Shown: positions 18,046 through 28,118 of the stretch, piece after piece
Layout of the letters: the number at the start of each line of letters is the position of its first letter
Numbering within the stretch: the stretch's first letter is position 1
Source of the DNA: a virus
Taxonomy: Duplodnaviria > Heunggongvirae > Uroviricota > Caudoviricetes
Virus record (IMG/VR): IMGVR_UViG_3300033120_000611
Length of the DNA stretch: 64,000 bases
Strand: one strand, 5' to 3'
Made by a program: the position numbers and the translations under genes
Notes under the pieces: generated by a model
The model's database searches: none
Told to the model about the DNA's origin: nothing
The model's input: the letters and a program-made list of their open reading frames with translations, nothing else

Positions 18046-18459
18046 ATGGCTAAACAAAACTACCTAAACTTCGTATTGAACTACGGTGTGTATCCATACG
18101 ATGTTATGTTCTCCTTTGGGGAGACAGATAAGCAACTCTTCTCTAGGTTAGAGAAGGTTGTTCCTGATCAATATAAGGATGATATTAAGCTATGTGCTCT
18201 CAACAATAGAGCAGGCATTTGTATCCAGTTTGGATTTGGAGCAAGTATAATTAGAATGCCTAATATCCCTAAGACTCCCTTTGATCAGGATACCTTAGCA
18301 CACGAGATCTTTCATGCTGTATCCGGTCTCCTTAGAAGGATTGGCCTGGAGCATACATCAGATAGTGAAGAGGCGTATGCCTATGCTATAGGATTCCTAA
18401 CGAAAGGAGCCTATGAAGCGATTGATAAATTCAAAAAGAAAAGGAGAGTAAGGAAATGA
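18046..18459 (+). CDS. putative zinc metallopeptidase-like protein (HExxH motif)
   Basis: 137 aa with LAHEIFHAVSGL (HExxH plus a downstream E in GLEH). First gene of the plus-strand block. Confidence 0.5.
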   Translation: MAKQNYLNFVLNYGVYPYDVMFSFGETDKQLFSRLEKVVPDQYKDDIKLCALNNRAGICIQFGFGASIIRMPNIPKTPFDQDTLAHEIFHAVSGLLRRIGLEHTSDSEEAYAYAIGFLTKGAYEAIDKFKKKRRVRK

Positions 18460-18762
18460 AAGGAGTTATTATAGTCCTATGGGTTTGTCTATGGAAGATA
18501 AACCAGTTCTACGACCTGCCAGCGGTAGTTCCTCAGATGCCAGTTTACATCTGGTACAAAAGAAAAAGTAAGACAAAAAGAAAAACAAGTATGGTAAAAG
18601 ATTCAGCTCCATATCCTATTAACTCAAGGTCACGCAAAGTTAATAAAAAAGAATTTAGAAGTCAAGCAAAGTAAGTCAAGTCACTGATAATAGTTGTTAA
18701 GTAATGTTAAAGCTATTGACAATCCAAAATAAGTGTTGATCTTTGCATCATAAAACAAAGAA

Positions 18763-19113
18763 ATGTCAAATTTAAAAAACCAAGTTAAAGCGTCTAGCAG
18801 ACAACCGATTAGAAAACTTTCAACTCTAGATGTTGCCGGACCAACTCAGGACAAGGCAGTCAAGTCTGAAGGTATCATATCTAACCAGCTTCGCAGGGCA
18901 TATACTGCAGTTGACTCTATAGAGGGAACTCTGGCATCTTTACAGAACCGGGTAAACGCATTAGAGAACAACCTTGGGCTGGATCCAACAGATATAGTTT
19001 CTCAGGATCAGCCAGCTGAAGGACCACACTTTGCTAACCTTAATGACAGACTGGAATCTATACAGAGAAACCTTCATAATGTTGAAGGACGTCTGTATGA
19101 AATTCTAGGCTAA
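18763..19113 (+). CDS. hypothetical protein with a coiled-coil region
   Basis: 116 aa. Upstream ATCATAAAACAAAGAA-ATG. Confidence 0.45.
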   Translation: MSNLKNQVKASSRQPIRKLSTLDVAGPTQDKAVKSEGIISNQLRRAYTAVDSIEGTLASLQNRVNALENNLGLDPTDIVSQDQPAEGPHFANLNDRLESIQRNLHNVEGRLYEILG

Positions 19114-19197
19114 GAATACTGGGCCATCTCTGCTAAATATTTAATAACAGTCCAGAGCTGCGAGAGTGTAAGAGGCCCTTCTTTTTAAACCATCAAC

Positions 19198-19512
19198 ATG
19201 AACATAAATAAAATAAGACCTACCAAGAATCGCCTTGTAGTTGAGAAGCTTGCTGAAGAGGAGTACAAGACTGCAGGAGGGATTATCATCCCGGATGTTA
19301 GCCTTTCCAAATTTGATGGAGGGGCAGTCGTGCAGGAAGATCCTGAGAAACCTACCTTTCGTGCCAAAGTCCTATCAGTAGGACCTGATGCAAAACTGGA
19401 GCCAGGTCATATCATCCTACTCATGAAGTACGCCGGCACAGTCATTGACGAACAATTCGATAAGTATCTTCTTATCAGGGAAGATGATGTCGTAGCATTT
19501 ATAGAAGACTAA
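19198..19512 (+). CDS. groES: GroES/Hsp10-family co-chaperonin
   Basis: 104 aa aligning by eye to the GroES pattern: KIRPTKNRLVVEKLAEEEYKTAGGIIIPD (compare [24 protein letters not shown]) and C-terminal YLLIREDDVVAFIED (compare YLILREDDILAVIE). Confidence 0.85.
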   Translation: MNINKIRPTKNRLVVEKLAEEEYKTAGGIIIPDVSLSKFDGGAVVQEDPEKPTFRAKVLSVGPDAKLEPGHIILLMKYAGTVIDEQFDKYLLIREDDVVAFIED

Positions 19513-19862
19513 TGGCAACAGTATACAAATGGACACCCAAGACTTCATCTAAGGTGGACCAGGCAGCTAAACTACTTAAGATCTACTGTGTACTCAATAA
19601 TATGAGTCCAAGTGAAACTAGTATCATGGTATGTGCATACATCATGGTGTATGGACTTAATGACCAGGTTAAGGCTGATATACTCCGGGCCGGAATTATG
19701 GGTAAGGCATCCTCATTAAAGAATGAGATCTATACCCTAAGGAGAATGGGTATGCTGGAGGGAGTTGGAGACAACACTCAGATATCATCAAAGATAGTTC
19801 CACGTGGAACAGAAGCTCTAACTCCTCAGACAGTAGTAATGGTTAACCTAGATAATAGATAA
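19512..19862 (+). CDS. hypothetical protein
   Basis: 116-aa ORF whose start overlaps the groES stop. Confidence 0.45.
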   Translation: MATVYKWTPKTSSKVDQAAKLLKIYCVLNNMSPSETSIMVCAYIMVYGLNDQVKADILRAGIMGKASSLKNEIYTLRRMGMLEGVGDNTQISSKIVPRGTEALTPQTVVMVNLDNR

Positions 19863-20071
19863 TGGAAGGATTCGATTTAAACCAGAAGATAGAGATGACC
19901 ATTGGGGATTTCCTAAAACCTTATGAGGTATTAGAAGATGAACTTAAGAATATGGTTGTCAAGGCCATAGACTCTGGAGTTGACTTTGGTCCTATGGTGA
20001 ACCTGGCTAGCCTTATCACCATGCAAAAATTTACAAGTCTCGTTAAATACTATAAGGGTAATGCTGGGTAA
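19862..20071 (+). CDS. small hypothetical protein
   Basis: 69 aa; start overlaps the previous stop. Confidence 0.4.
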   Translation: MEGFDLNQKIEMTIGDFLKPYEVLEDELKNMVVKAIDSGVDFGPMVNLASLITMQKFTSLVKYYKGNAG

Positions 20072-20408
20072 GTTTGCATTCACTAATAAACGTGTGTCGG
20101 AAAAACTAAACATTAATGAGGAGAAAGTGGCATTAGTGATGGAATTTTTCAGCACGGAACTTAATAGAGAAATGGTAGAATGTAACCACGCCTTTCTATT
20201 TGTCCGGGGCCTTGGAACATTTGGAATGAGTCTAATGACTATAGAGAAGAGATTAAAGACTATGATCAAACTCTATATAGCTTCAGATAAAAATACTAAG
20301 TTTGCTAAGGGATATAGGAATGAAGTATTCAACCTCCTGAGAATGAGAAAGATCGTTAGTGATCGCCGGGAGGAAAACAAACAACTAAGAGATGTATCAA
20401 AAGATTAA
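20061..20408 (+). CDS. hypothetical protein
   Basis: 115-aa ORF. Confidence 0.4.
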   Translation: MLGKFAFTNKRVSEKLNINEEKVALVMEFFSTELNREMVECNHAFLFVRGLGTFGMSLMTIEKRLKTMIKLYIASDKNTKFAKGYRNEVFNLLRMRKIVSDRREENKQLRDVSKD

Positions 20409-20658
20409 GATGATCATTAGGGGTAACTGGTATCGCTATAAAGGTAAGAACCAGAAGCTCTACCATGATCGAATGAGTCACTGCCTGGTATGTCCATATA
20501 ACTCCTCGAAGGCCAAGAAGAACTTGGCACAGAAGCTTTGGTCCTTGCTAGGAGATTTTTGTATGGAGTGTGGCTGCTTCCTGGAAGCAAAGACCCGGGA
20601 ACCATTATCAGAGTGTCCACTACTTAAGTGGGAACAAGCAAAAGAAAACCAACTATAA
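20392..20658 (+). CDS. small Cys-rich zinc-ribbon protein
   Basis: 88 aa with CLVCP...CMECGC...C arrangement. Confidence 0.45.
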   Translation: MYQKIKMIIRGNWYRYKGKNQKLYHDRMSHCLVCPYNSSKAKKNLAQKLWSLLGDFCMECGCFLEAKTREPLSECPLLKWEQAKENQL

Positions 20659-20897
20659 TGAGAGTAATAATAGACACTAAACAAAAGACAGTAGAGGTCT
20701 TAGATGAAGTCAAGATACATGAGCTGTATAGAGAATTACAGGAGATGTTAGGACTAGATCTGGAATACTACAAAATCAAACAACATATAGAAACTGTTAC
20801 AGTTCCCTATACATTTTATAATCCATATCCATGGCCTACGAACGTAGCAGATCCTACTATGTGTATCCATGCATGTGAAGTTATGCAACTAAATTAA
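20628..20897 (+). CDS. hypothetical protein
   Basis: 89-aa ORF. Confidence 0.4.
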   Translation: MGTSKRKPTIMRVIIDTKQKTVEVLDEVKIHELYRELQEMLGLDLEYYKIKQHIETVTVPYTFYNPYPWPTNVADPTMCIHACEVMQLN

Positions 20898-20907
20898 ACC
20901 AACAGAC

Positions 20908-21183
20908 ATGCCAGTTAATAAAGAACAATCGAAGAATAAGGATCGCAGGAGAACTAGGTCCTTGTTTATAACAGAGCTCTCCTCTATAATTGAGGTTCAT
21001 GATGATGAGACTATTGCTATGCACCTAATAAATATATTGCGTAGTAAGGGTAAGATCGTAGGATCAAATCCGGATGGTACACCTATCTATAGAGATCCAT
21101 TCTTCATCACTGATGCGGAGCTACTAAAGGACACTGAGAATTATAGTCAACAAAAAAATTCAATAGACGAAGAAGAAGAATAA
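20908..21183 (+). CDS. hypothetical protein
   Basis: 91 aa with a basic N-terminus and acidic C-terminus. Confidence 0.4.
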   Translation: MPVNKEQSKNKDRRRTRSLFITELSSIIEVHDDETIAMHLINILRSKGKIVGSNPDGTPIYRDPFFITDAELLKDTENYSQQKNSIDEEEE

Positions 21184-21184
21184 C

Positions 21185-21505
21185 ATGAAAGAACTAATAG
21201 AACCACAACTAGCTCAGCTAGAATCTGACATAGATGTATATAATACATTTCTGAATCACCCGGCCGTCCCAAGAAAAGATAGGGAGGTAGTATCATTAAA
21301 GCTCGTGAAGAGTTTGATCACGTTTGCCGCCTTTCATGATCTGGTTCCGGAATATGTTCCTAAGGGTGGAACTATACAGCTACTAGGAGCTGGCTTAAAC
21401 CGTGCAGCTAATTTTGTATCCATCGAAAACGGACAGGTAAAGATATCGCCAGAGTATGACGAGATGCTAAAAGAACAACAAGCGCTTATAAACAAGGGGA
21501 AGTAA
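21185..21505 (+). CDS. hypothetical protein
   Basis: 106-aa ORF. Confidence 0.4.
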   Translation: MKELIEPQLAQLESDIDVYNTFLNHPAVPRKDREVVSLKLVKSLITFAAFHDLVPEYVPKGGTIQLLGAGLNRAANFVSIENGQVKISPEYDEMLKEQQALINKGK

Positions 21506-21768
21506 TGCCTAGATGGTTTCGTGCTAATGCACTTATGGAAAGTACTAAAGATATTGAGAATCGAGAGACTCTTAATATTCCTGATCTCCCAATAGATAAG
21601 ATTTGGGATTCAATAGTTATTGACCTAGATAAGATCGTAAGCTACTGCCCCGACTATGATAAGGAGGGAAGTAGAGTTGATGGTCAGTGTGAAGTTACAA
21701 TGGTGCATGGAGGATATATAACTCTCGATGTATCATTCGACACGCTAGATAAAAGAGTAAGAAGTTAA
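21505..21768 (+). CDS. hypothetical protein
   Basis: 87-aa ORF. Confidence 0.4.
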   Translation: MPRWFRANALMESTKDIENRETLNIPDLPIDKIWDSIVIDLDKIVSYCPDYDKEGSRVDGQCEVTMVHGGYITLDVSFDTLDKRVRS

Positions 21769-21777
21769 AATAAAAAT

Positions 21778-22110
21778 ATGGGTAATAAATGTCACTGCGG
21801 TTACGAAATTAAAACTCCACATGAACAGAACATGTTTGCTAAGTGGGAGTGTGCTAGAGCCATTGAGTTAAACAGAGGATTCAATGTTCCAGCTACAAAT
21901 AATACATTCTCTGCTTCCCGGGTAAATCTTGGGATGGGATCACTGACATGTTCACATGATGGGACTCCACCAGAGTTAGATGATGTGGATGAGGATGAGC
22001 AATCATTTGCTAGTCAGTTCGTACAAAAGTACGATAAGCCTCAGCAAGAGGAAAAGCCAAAGGAGGATAAGCCAACTGACCCAGGCAATAGATGGAACTC
22101 AATAACATAA
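21778..22110 (+). CDS. hypothetical protein with an N-terminal CxC/H cluster and an acidic tail
   Basis: 110 aa with MGNKCHCGYE...WECARA and a DEDE-rich C-terminal half. Confidence 0.4.
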   Translation: MGNKCHCGYEIKTPHEQNMFAKWECARAIELNRGFNVPATNNTFSASRVNLGMGSLTCSHDGTPPELDDVDEDEQSFASQFVQKYDKPQQEEKPKEDKPTDPGNRWNSIT

Positions 22111-22150
22111 TATGTGTAGACTACTAAGAAAACTATTTAGGAGAAAGAAG

Positions 22151-22480
22151 ATGGCAAATAAATATATTACAGCAAAGCTAGACTGGGCTGAGAAGCAACT
22201 AGCTAAATGGGAGAAGTATCTGGATGAAAATCCATATGATGAACTTATAGATCGTATTGCTTTAAAGGAATTAAAGAATGGTGGTGTCATACCTGTCACT
22301 GCAGCTTCAATAGAACAACAACAGAAAAACCAACGAGAGACAATGAAAGAATACCTCGCTCTGTTAGCCATTGTAAAGAAGTACCGGAATGATGAAGACC
22401 TTCTAGACGAGAAGGGATCTGGTACATATGGTGATGTACAGGAGAGTGTCCGGATGAAAAACTCGAAGGGAGATGGATAA
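22151..22480 (+). CDS. possible terminase small subunit (by position only)
   Basis: 109-aa helical, charged protein immediately upstream of TerL and overlapping it. Start chosen at MANKYI rather than the upstream Met. Confidence 0.3.
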   Translation: MANKYITAKLDWAEKQLAKWEKYLDENPYDELIDRIALKELKNGGVIPVTAASIEQQQKNQRETMKEYLALLAIVKKYRNDEDLLDEKGSGTYGDVQESVRMKNSKGDG

Positions 22481-24629
22481 AAAGAAAGCTCAGCTTTATA
22501 TCAACATGGATAAAGCTGATATCCCAATTACGATTGTGGATAAGAAAGGCAATATAGATGAAGAAGCATCTATTGCCGCAGATCCAAGATGGCTACCATT
22601 TTGGCAAGAAGAAGAACGTAAAGTTCTTGAGGGAGTAACTATTGATGGATTTCACTTCACTGGTTGGTTATATTGGCATATCAATCACTGGTGGATAAAT
22701 AAAGATAGAAAGCTTCCTAATGGAGATATCATTCCTGGTGAGGGCCGGCCGGATCTTCGTGATAATGAGTTAATCATTAATGATGGATTGAGAAAGGCCC
22801 AGGATCCAGAGAATAGGAGACACCTCCTTATTTTAGGAGCACGTCAGATATCTAAGACAACCTTTGAGGCTTCCTTCTTAGGAAGGAGTGGTCTCATCTA
22901 CAAGGGTTCTCAAAACCTAATCCTATCTACAGGACAGGGAGACTTAAATAACATTACTGCATCACTTGACTTCGGACTATTAAATTGTTCGAAGTATTTC
23001 TATGTCAATAGAATTAATAAAGACTGGAAGGATGAGCGTGTTGTACTTGGTACGGAGACTAAGGGACGTGATAGAAAGGTTTGGTCACAATACATTATAC
23101 GTAATACATCTGCTGGCCAGAACACAGAAGCAGGCGCTGGTGTTACTATTAAGTCTGGTGTATATGATGAGATAGGAAAAAGAAAATGGCTTGAATCATT
23201 CAAGGCTGCAGAAAAAGCTATGGTATCCAGATATGGTATCAGAGCTGTATTTATTGCAGTAGGAACTGGAGGATCATTTGAAAATGGAGAGGATGCTAAG
23301 AGAGCATTCTTCAATCCAGCTGCAGGTAAGTTTGTAGAATATGTTCAACCAAGTGGTCAGGTTACAGGACTATTTATCTCTGGCCTTTATCGTCAAGACT
23401 GTAAAGTGGAAACTACTTTAGGAGACTTCCTAAAGACTGACGCAGCTAGAGAGATACTGGGTGATAGCATCCCGGATAATATACCAGAAGATTCTGAGCT
23501 GTATAGAACTGTACTCCACATAGCTGATAAAGAGAAAGCGTACAAGGAGATTATGAAGGATCGTGAAGCTGCTAGGCTAGATCCAGATCCAAGATTATAC
23601 ATTAAGACAATAGCCTACGATCCTCTAACAGTAGATGAGATCTTCTTAACTGATAGTAATAATCAGTTCGCACACTTATTTGAGGATCTTAAGAAGCATG
23701 AGACTGATATAAGTGAGAACCTTAATCCACGTCCAGTAGAACTTGGAAGAGAACCTGATCAGTCTGTGAGTTATAAGTTCTCTGAGAAGACTCCAGTATT
23801 TAATCTTCCTATCAATAATAAAACTCTTACAGATGCTCCAGTACTAATCTACGAGGAGCCTATAAAAGGTTTACCATACTCAACATATGTATGTGGTATT
23901 GACCCATACAACCAAGATAGATCTTCTGACCGTGAACCATCTCTTGGTGTATGTTATATCTATAAGAGGATGCATGATCCATTTGGTAACTTCCAGAATG
24001 CTATAGTTGCTGGATATGCCGGCCGTCCTGCTACAGTAAATGATTTCTATAAGATCTGTGAAGGAATGATAGAACTCTATGGAGCAGTAGCCCTACCGGA
24101 AAATGAAAGCTCAATTATACAATACTTTATTACAAGAAAGAAAGAACACTTACTATTTGATTCTCCATCACTTACACGTTATATAAATCCAAGTTCCACT
24201 ACTGCCAGCCGGCAGAAAGGTTTGGCTGCCACTACTCCTAACCAGAGACACTGCATGAAACTCATGCTGCAGTATGCTGAGGAGCCAATCATAGAAGTTT
24301 TCAGGAATGGTACAGAGCTGCAGAAGTTTGGCCTCATCAGAATCCCGGATAAGATGCTCATACAGGAAATGATGAACTATAGGGGCAAAGATAGTAATGC
24401 AACACGTGGGGTCCATGATGGCAACTTTGACCGGATCTGTGCATTTGGACATTGCCTTACCCTGGCTAACTATCTGGACAGAGATTACCCGGTCCTTGGG
24501 TATACTAAGCAGGAACAGCAACAACCAAGTAGAACTGTAATATCTCCATTTGGAGTTACTCGCACAACAGGTGGTCAACCTATATCTCCATTCAATTTTG
24601 GTAAACGTGGAGGTAGGTCAGTCTTTTAA
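22473..24629 (+). CDS. terL: terminase large subunit (ATPase plus nuclease domains)
   Basis: 718 aa. Walker-A-like LILGARQISKTT near the N-terminal third and a nuclease-domain-like YVCGIDPYNQD...D-rich region in the C-terminal half. Position before portal fits. Confidence 0.7.
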   Translation: MDKKKAQLYINMDKADIPITIVDKKGNIDEEASIAADPRWLPFWQEEERKVLEGVTIDGFHFTGWLYWHINHWWINKDRKLPNGDIIPGEGRPDLRDNELIINDGLRKAQDPENRRHLLILGARQISKTTFEASFLGRSGLIYKGSQNLILSTGQGDLNNITASLDFGLLNCSKYFYVNRINKDWKDERVVLGTETKGRDRKVWSQYIIRNTSAGQNTEAGAGVTIKSGVYDEIGKRKWLESFKAAEKAMVSRYGIRAVFIAVGTGGSFENGEDAKRAFFNPAAGKFVEYVQPSGQVTGLFISGLYRQDCKVETTLGDFLKTDAAREILGDSIPDNIPEDSELYRTVLHIADKEKAYKEIMKDREAARLDPDPRLYIKTIAYDPLTVDEIFLTDSNNQFAHLFEDLKKHETDISENLNPRPVELGREPDQSVSYKFSEKTPVFNLPINNKTLTDAPVLIYEEPIKGLPYSTYVCGIDPYNQDRSSDREPSLGVCYIYKRMHDPFGNFQNAIVAGYAGRPATVNDFYKICEGMIELYGAVALPENESSIIQYFITRKKEHLLFDSPSLTRYINPSSTTASRQKGLAATTPNQRHCMKLMLQYAEEPIIEVFRNGTELQKFGLIRIPDKMLIQEMMNYRGKDSNATRGVHDGNFDRICAFGHCLTLANYLDRDYPVLGYTKQEQQQPSRTVISPFGVTRTTGGQPISPFNFGKRGGRSVF

Positions 24630-24708
24630 GTGACCTAAGTGAAATAACTGATTGATTTTAAAAGGCGGTCTTTTTTCTTTAGATTCGTCTAAAATCTAAT
24701 ACTCATTA

Positions 24709-27588
24709 ATGAATTCTTTTCCACTCTATGGTGGGGCTAATCATCCACTCATGCCAATCCAGATGCTCTCTATTAAAGAGAAGGATAAGGAATGGAAGAT
24801 GAGATGCATGGATGCCCTGGAGTCATTTGGTCATGCTCAGTTCCTCGAGAATTTTAATATACTCGAGAACTACAGGATGGTTAATAATGAGTTCCTATAT
24901 AAACATTACTTCTTTACTGACTCAGTAACTGATCTAGCTGAACAAACAGCTCAGGAGTTTGGAGCTCCACCTTATCTACGTAACTACGATATGATAGGAA
25001 AGGTAATTAAATTCCTTTCAGGTGAGTATCAACAACGTCCGGATATATTTCGGGTTGCTGCTATAGATGAGTTCTCAGTTAACCAGTACCAAGAAGAAAA
25101 GGGACAGCTACTAAAAGATACAGTCATCACTAAAATACAAGCCGGGATAAAGAGCAAGCTAGTAGCTATGGGCCTTAATCCGGATAGGAATGATTTTGGA
25201 TCACAGGAGGAACAACAACAATACCAACAACAACTTAGTGAAGAAACCCAGAAACTTACGCCAGCGTCTATCCAGACCTACATGGCAGAGAAGTATCTAT
25301 CAGTTCCAGAGAAGTGGGGTGAGCTAGTAATAAAACTAGACAAGCAGAGATTCAATACTCCTGAGATGGAGATGATTGAGTTTGAGGATATGCTAATAGC
25401 TGATAGGGCCTTTAGGCACTTTTATCTTAAAGCTAATGGACTTGGATATGGACAGGAAACCTGGAACCCCACAAGAACATTTTTCCATAAGTCTCCTGAC
25501 GTAAGATACGTTGAAGATGGTAACTACGTAGGTAGAGTATTCTATTTATCTGTGGCTGATATCGTTGGAAGATATGGGCACAAAATGAGTGTTAGTGATA
25601 TTGAAAGCCTATATGGTAACTACTTAGAGAGAAAGAATAAAAAGGGTGGTGGTCTGACTGAAGATGCATTCTTCCAGACAGTTAAGGTTCCATACGAGAA
25701 CTTCCCGGAAATGTCTAGGACAGTTAATGCTCTTGGATTTAACCCACATACTGGACTAAAGGAAAACATTAGTGGATCAGGTGCTCAGCTATCTAACCAG
25801 GATATAGATGTTTTATTCAACTCATCTTCAAGTGCATACAACCTATCTGGGTTAATTCTTTGCACTGAGGGATACTGGAGAAGCCAAAAGAAAGTTGGAT
25901 TCCTTATTATGACAGATCCTGATACAGGAGAAGTTATAGAGGAAATGGTTGATGAGACATTCATAGTCCCAAGTTTTATTCAGGAAGTTGATGATGATCC
26001 AAGTTTTGATGATCTAGTATATCACCCTCAGAAGAAGATGAATACTATCCGCTGGACCTGGGTAAATGAGGTCTGGGGTGGAATAAAGATCAATGCCGGC
26101 AATAGGGAGAGAGCTATGGAAGATAGAACAATGGGAGCATTATATATCGATGTAAGACCTCTTCCATTCCAATTCAAGGGAGACATCAATCCATTTGAAG
26201 TTAAGCTTCCTGTATGTGGAGCTGTATTTAATAATAGAAACGCACAGTCAATGTCTGTAGTTGATCTTGGTAAGTCCTACCAAATCCTCTACAACGTTTT
26301 CATGAATAAGATATTCCAGTTGTCTACAACAGACATGGGTAAGTTCTTACTACTGGATCCAAGAATGCTTCCTAATGATAAGGACCTTGGTGGTCCGGAT
26401 GCATTACAGAAGTGGGTAACTATCACAAAGGAAACTAAGATAGGTCAGATTGATACATCACCTGGCGCTAGGCCTGGATCAAACTATAATCAATTTGGAG
26501 TTCAGGATCTTCGTGAGTTTGACTCCATTAAAGCTACTGTAGAAATCGCCTCTCTAATCGAGCAGGCCTTCCTATATCAAGTTGGATTAAGTCAACAAAG
26601 ACTTGGACAAGATAATACTAACATGACAGCTACTGGAGTCATGCAGAATCTGCGTGGATCAACAGCTATGACTGAATCATGGTTCACTCGCTTTACTAAC
26701 TATAAGAGACGTGTACTTCAAATGAATCTTGATATAGCACAGTACTGTTCTGTGACAGATAGAGATATGACCCTATCTCTCGTTCAGGATGATATGTCTA
26801 GGGAGTACATGAAGATAAATGGTCTTGAATTACTTAATAGTCAGCTGGGTGTTCTTGTATTCAATTCACAGGAATTGATTAGACAAACAGAAATGCTTAA
26901 GGAGCTCGTGTTGAAGAATAATACAAGTAATAGTCCATTATCATCTCTAGCAGAAGTTATCTTCTCTGGAAGCCCGGCAAGGATAATTGAAGCTATTAAG
27001 AAGGGAGAGGCTGAGATTAATAGACAAATCCAAGAAAAGAATCAGCACGAACAACAAATGCTCGCTCAGAAGGCTCAACAAGATCAAGCAGCTAAGGATA
27101 AACAAAATGCTTGGCAGGCTGAACAGAATGAACTTGATAGAGAGAATAAGATCAGAGAGAAAGAAATCTCTGTACTTAACTTTGACCAGGATGTTCAGAA
27201 CAATGGCCAGATCGATGTTATCGATATTGGTAATCTTCAATTGGATAAACAAAGGCTGGCTGCAGATCAGGTTAGAGCTCAACAAGATAGTATACAATCG
27301 AGAATAGATAGTGCTCAGAAAAGTGCTATTGAAACTAAGAAGCTTGATGCTCAGAAAGAACTAGCTGATAAGCAACTACAAGCTAAGGATAAGGAAGCAG
27401 CTGCTAAACAAGAGATCGAGAATAAGAAGTTGAAGCAAATACAAGTTCAGAATGCTAACCAGATCAAGCTCTCACAGATGGAATCTGCTAGGGCCGAAAG
27501 AGAGTCGAAGAACAAGATAGCAATTGAAAAATTAAAAGCTAAGACTGCTATGAAGAAGGCAGCTAAGGCTAAACCAAAAGCTAAGTAA
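24709..27588 (+). CDS. portal protein candidate with a long C-terminal K/Q/E-rich coiled-coil extension
   Basis: 959 aa, immediately after TerL. The C-terminal ~200 aa are low-complexity coiled coil. No motif-level confirmation. Confidence 0.5.
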   Translation: MNSFPLYGGANHPLMPIQMLSIKEKDKEWKMRCMDALESFGHAQFLENFNILENYRMVNNEFLYKHYFFTDSVTDLAEQTAQEFGAPPYLRNYDMIGKVIKFLSGEYQQRPDIFRVAAIDEFSVNQYQEEKGQLLKDTVITKIQAGIKSKLVAMGLNPDRNDFGSQEEQQQYQQQLSEETQKLTPASIQTYMAEKYLSVPEKWGELVIKLDKQRFNTPEMEMIEFEDMLIADRAFRHFYLKANGLGYGQETWNPTRTFFHKSPDVRYVEDGNYVGRVFYLSVADIVGRYGHKMSVSDIESLYGNYLERKNKKGGGLTEDAFFQTVKVPYENFPEMSRTVNALGFNPHTGLKENISGSGAQLSNQDIDVLFNSSSSAYNLSGLILCTEGYWRSQKKVGFLIMTDPDTGEVIEEMVDETFIVPSFIQEVDDDPSFDDLVYHPQKKMNTIRWTWVNEVWGGIKINAGNRERAMEDRTMGALYIDVRPLPFQFKGDINPFEVKLPVCGAVFNNRNAQSMSVVDLGKSYQILYNVFMNKIFQLSTTDMGKFLLLDPRMLPNDKDLGGPDALQKWVTITKETKIGQIDTSPGARPGSNYNQFGVQDLREFDSIKATVEIASLIEQAFLYQVGLSQQRLGQDNTNMTATGVMQNLRGSTAMTESWFTRFTNYKRRVLQMNLDIAQYCSVTDRDMTLSLVQDDMSREYMKINGLELLNSQLGVLVFNSQELIRQTEMLKELVLKNNTSNSPLSSLAEVIFSGSPARIIEAIKKGEAEINRQIQEKNQHEQQMLAQKAQQDQAAKDKQNAWQAEQNELDRENKIREKEISVLNFDQDVQNNGQIDVIDIGNLQLDKQRLAADQVRAQQDSIQSRIDSAQKSAIETKKLDAQKELADKQLQAKDKEAAAKQEIENKKLKQIQVQNANQIKLSQMESARAERESKNKIAIEKLKAKTAMKKAAKAKPKAK

Positions 27589-28118
27589 TGTTTGACAAAG
27601 TCATAGAATTTCTACTATCGATGTGGAACCACATCATCCCCTTCTATGTAATTGAAGAGGCTAATGAAGCAGTAGTACTAAGACTAGGAAAATTCAAATG
27701 TACCTCAAAGCCAGGCTTCTACTGGAAGATACCATTTGCTGATGTAGTTAAAGAGCATCATGTTGTTTGGCAAACTATAAACTTGCATCCACAATCACTA
27801 ACTACAAAAGATGATAGTGGTATTGTTGTAAAGGCTATAATCAAATTCAAAGTAGGTGATATAAAAGTATTCATACTTGAGGTGTGGGATAGTCCAGATG
27901 CAATCTCTGATATGACTATGGGTATTATCCGGGATGAAGTGATGGAGCATACATGGCAACAGATCAGGGATGGCAAGCTTGATAAAGTTATTAGCCGGAA
28001 GGTAAAGGCTGAAGCTAAGCGCTGGGGAATAGAGGTTGATACTGTAACATTAATTGATATGGCTATCATGCCTTCATTCAGACTATTCAATGAAACCAAA
28101 AATCATATTGTTGATTAG
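27588..28118 (+). CDS. SPFH/band-7 (prohibitin/stomatin-like) domain protein
   Basis: 176 aa with the pattern EANEAVVLRLGKFKCTSKPGFYWKIPFADVV...TKDDSGIVVKAIIKFKV, typical of the SPFH beta-sheet core. It lacks the long C-terminal coiled coil of cellular homologs. Confidence 0.55.
   Translation: MFDKVIEFLLSMWNHIIPFYVIEEANEAVVLRLGKFKCTSKPGFYWKIPFADVVKEHHVVWQTINLHPQSLTTKDDSGIVVKAIIKFKVGDIKVFILEVWDSPDAISDMTMGIIRDEVMEHTWQQIRDGKLDKVISRKVKAEAKRWGIEVDTVTLIDMAIMPSFRLFNETKNHIVD

Noticed and set aside
18456-18674. 72-aa basic ORF following the HExxH gene
   Set aside because: It could be real, but it has extreme K/R composition from an A-rich tract and no recognisable upstream motif. I did not list it as a feature.
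23000-24578. Minus-strand ORFs 23000-23314, 23393-23602, 24168-24578 and 24179-24361 inside terL
   Set aside because: They are antisense to a gene with clear ATPase and nuclease motifs.
26947-27307. ORFs 26947-27297 (minus) and 26987-27307 (plus) inside the portal candidate
   Set aside because: They are antisense or alternate-frame within the low-complexity coiled-coil coding region, and AT-rich codon bias creates long spurious frames there.
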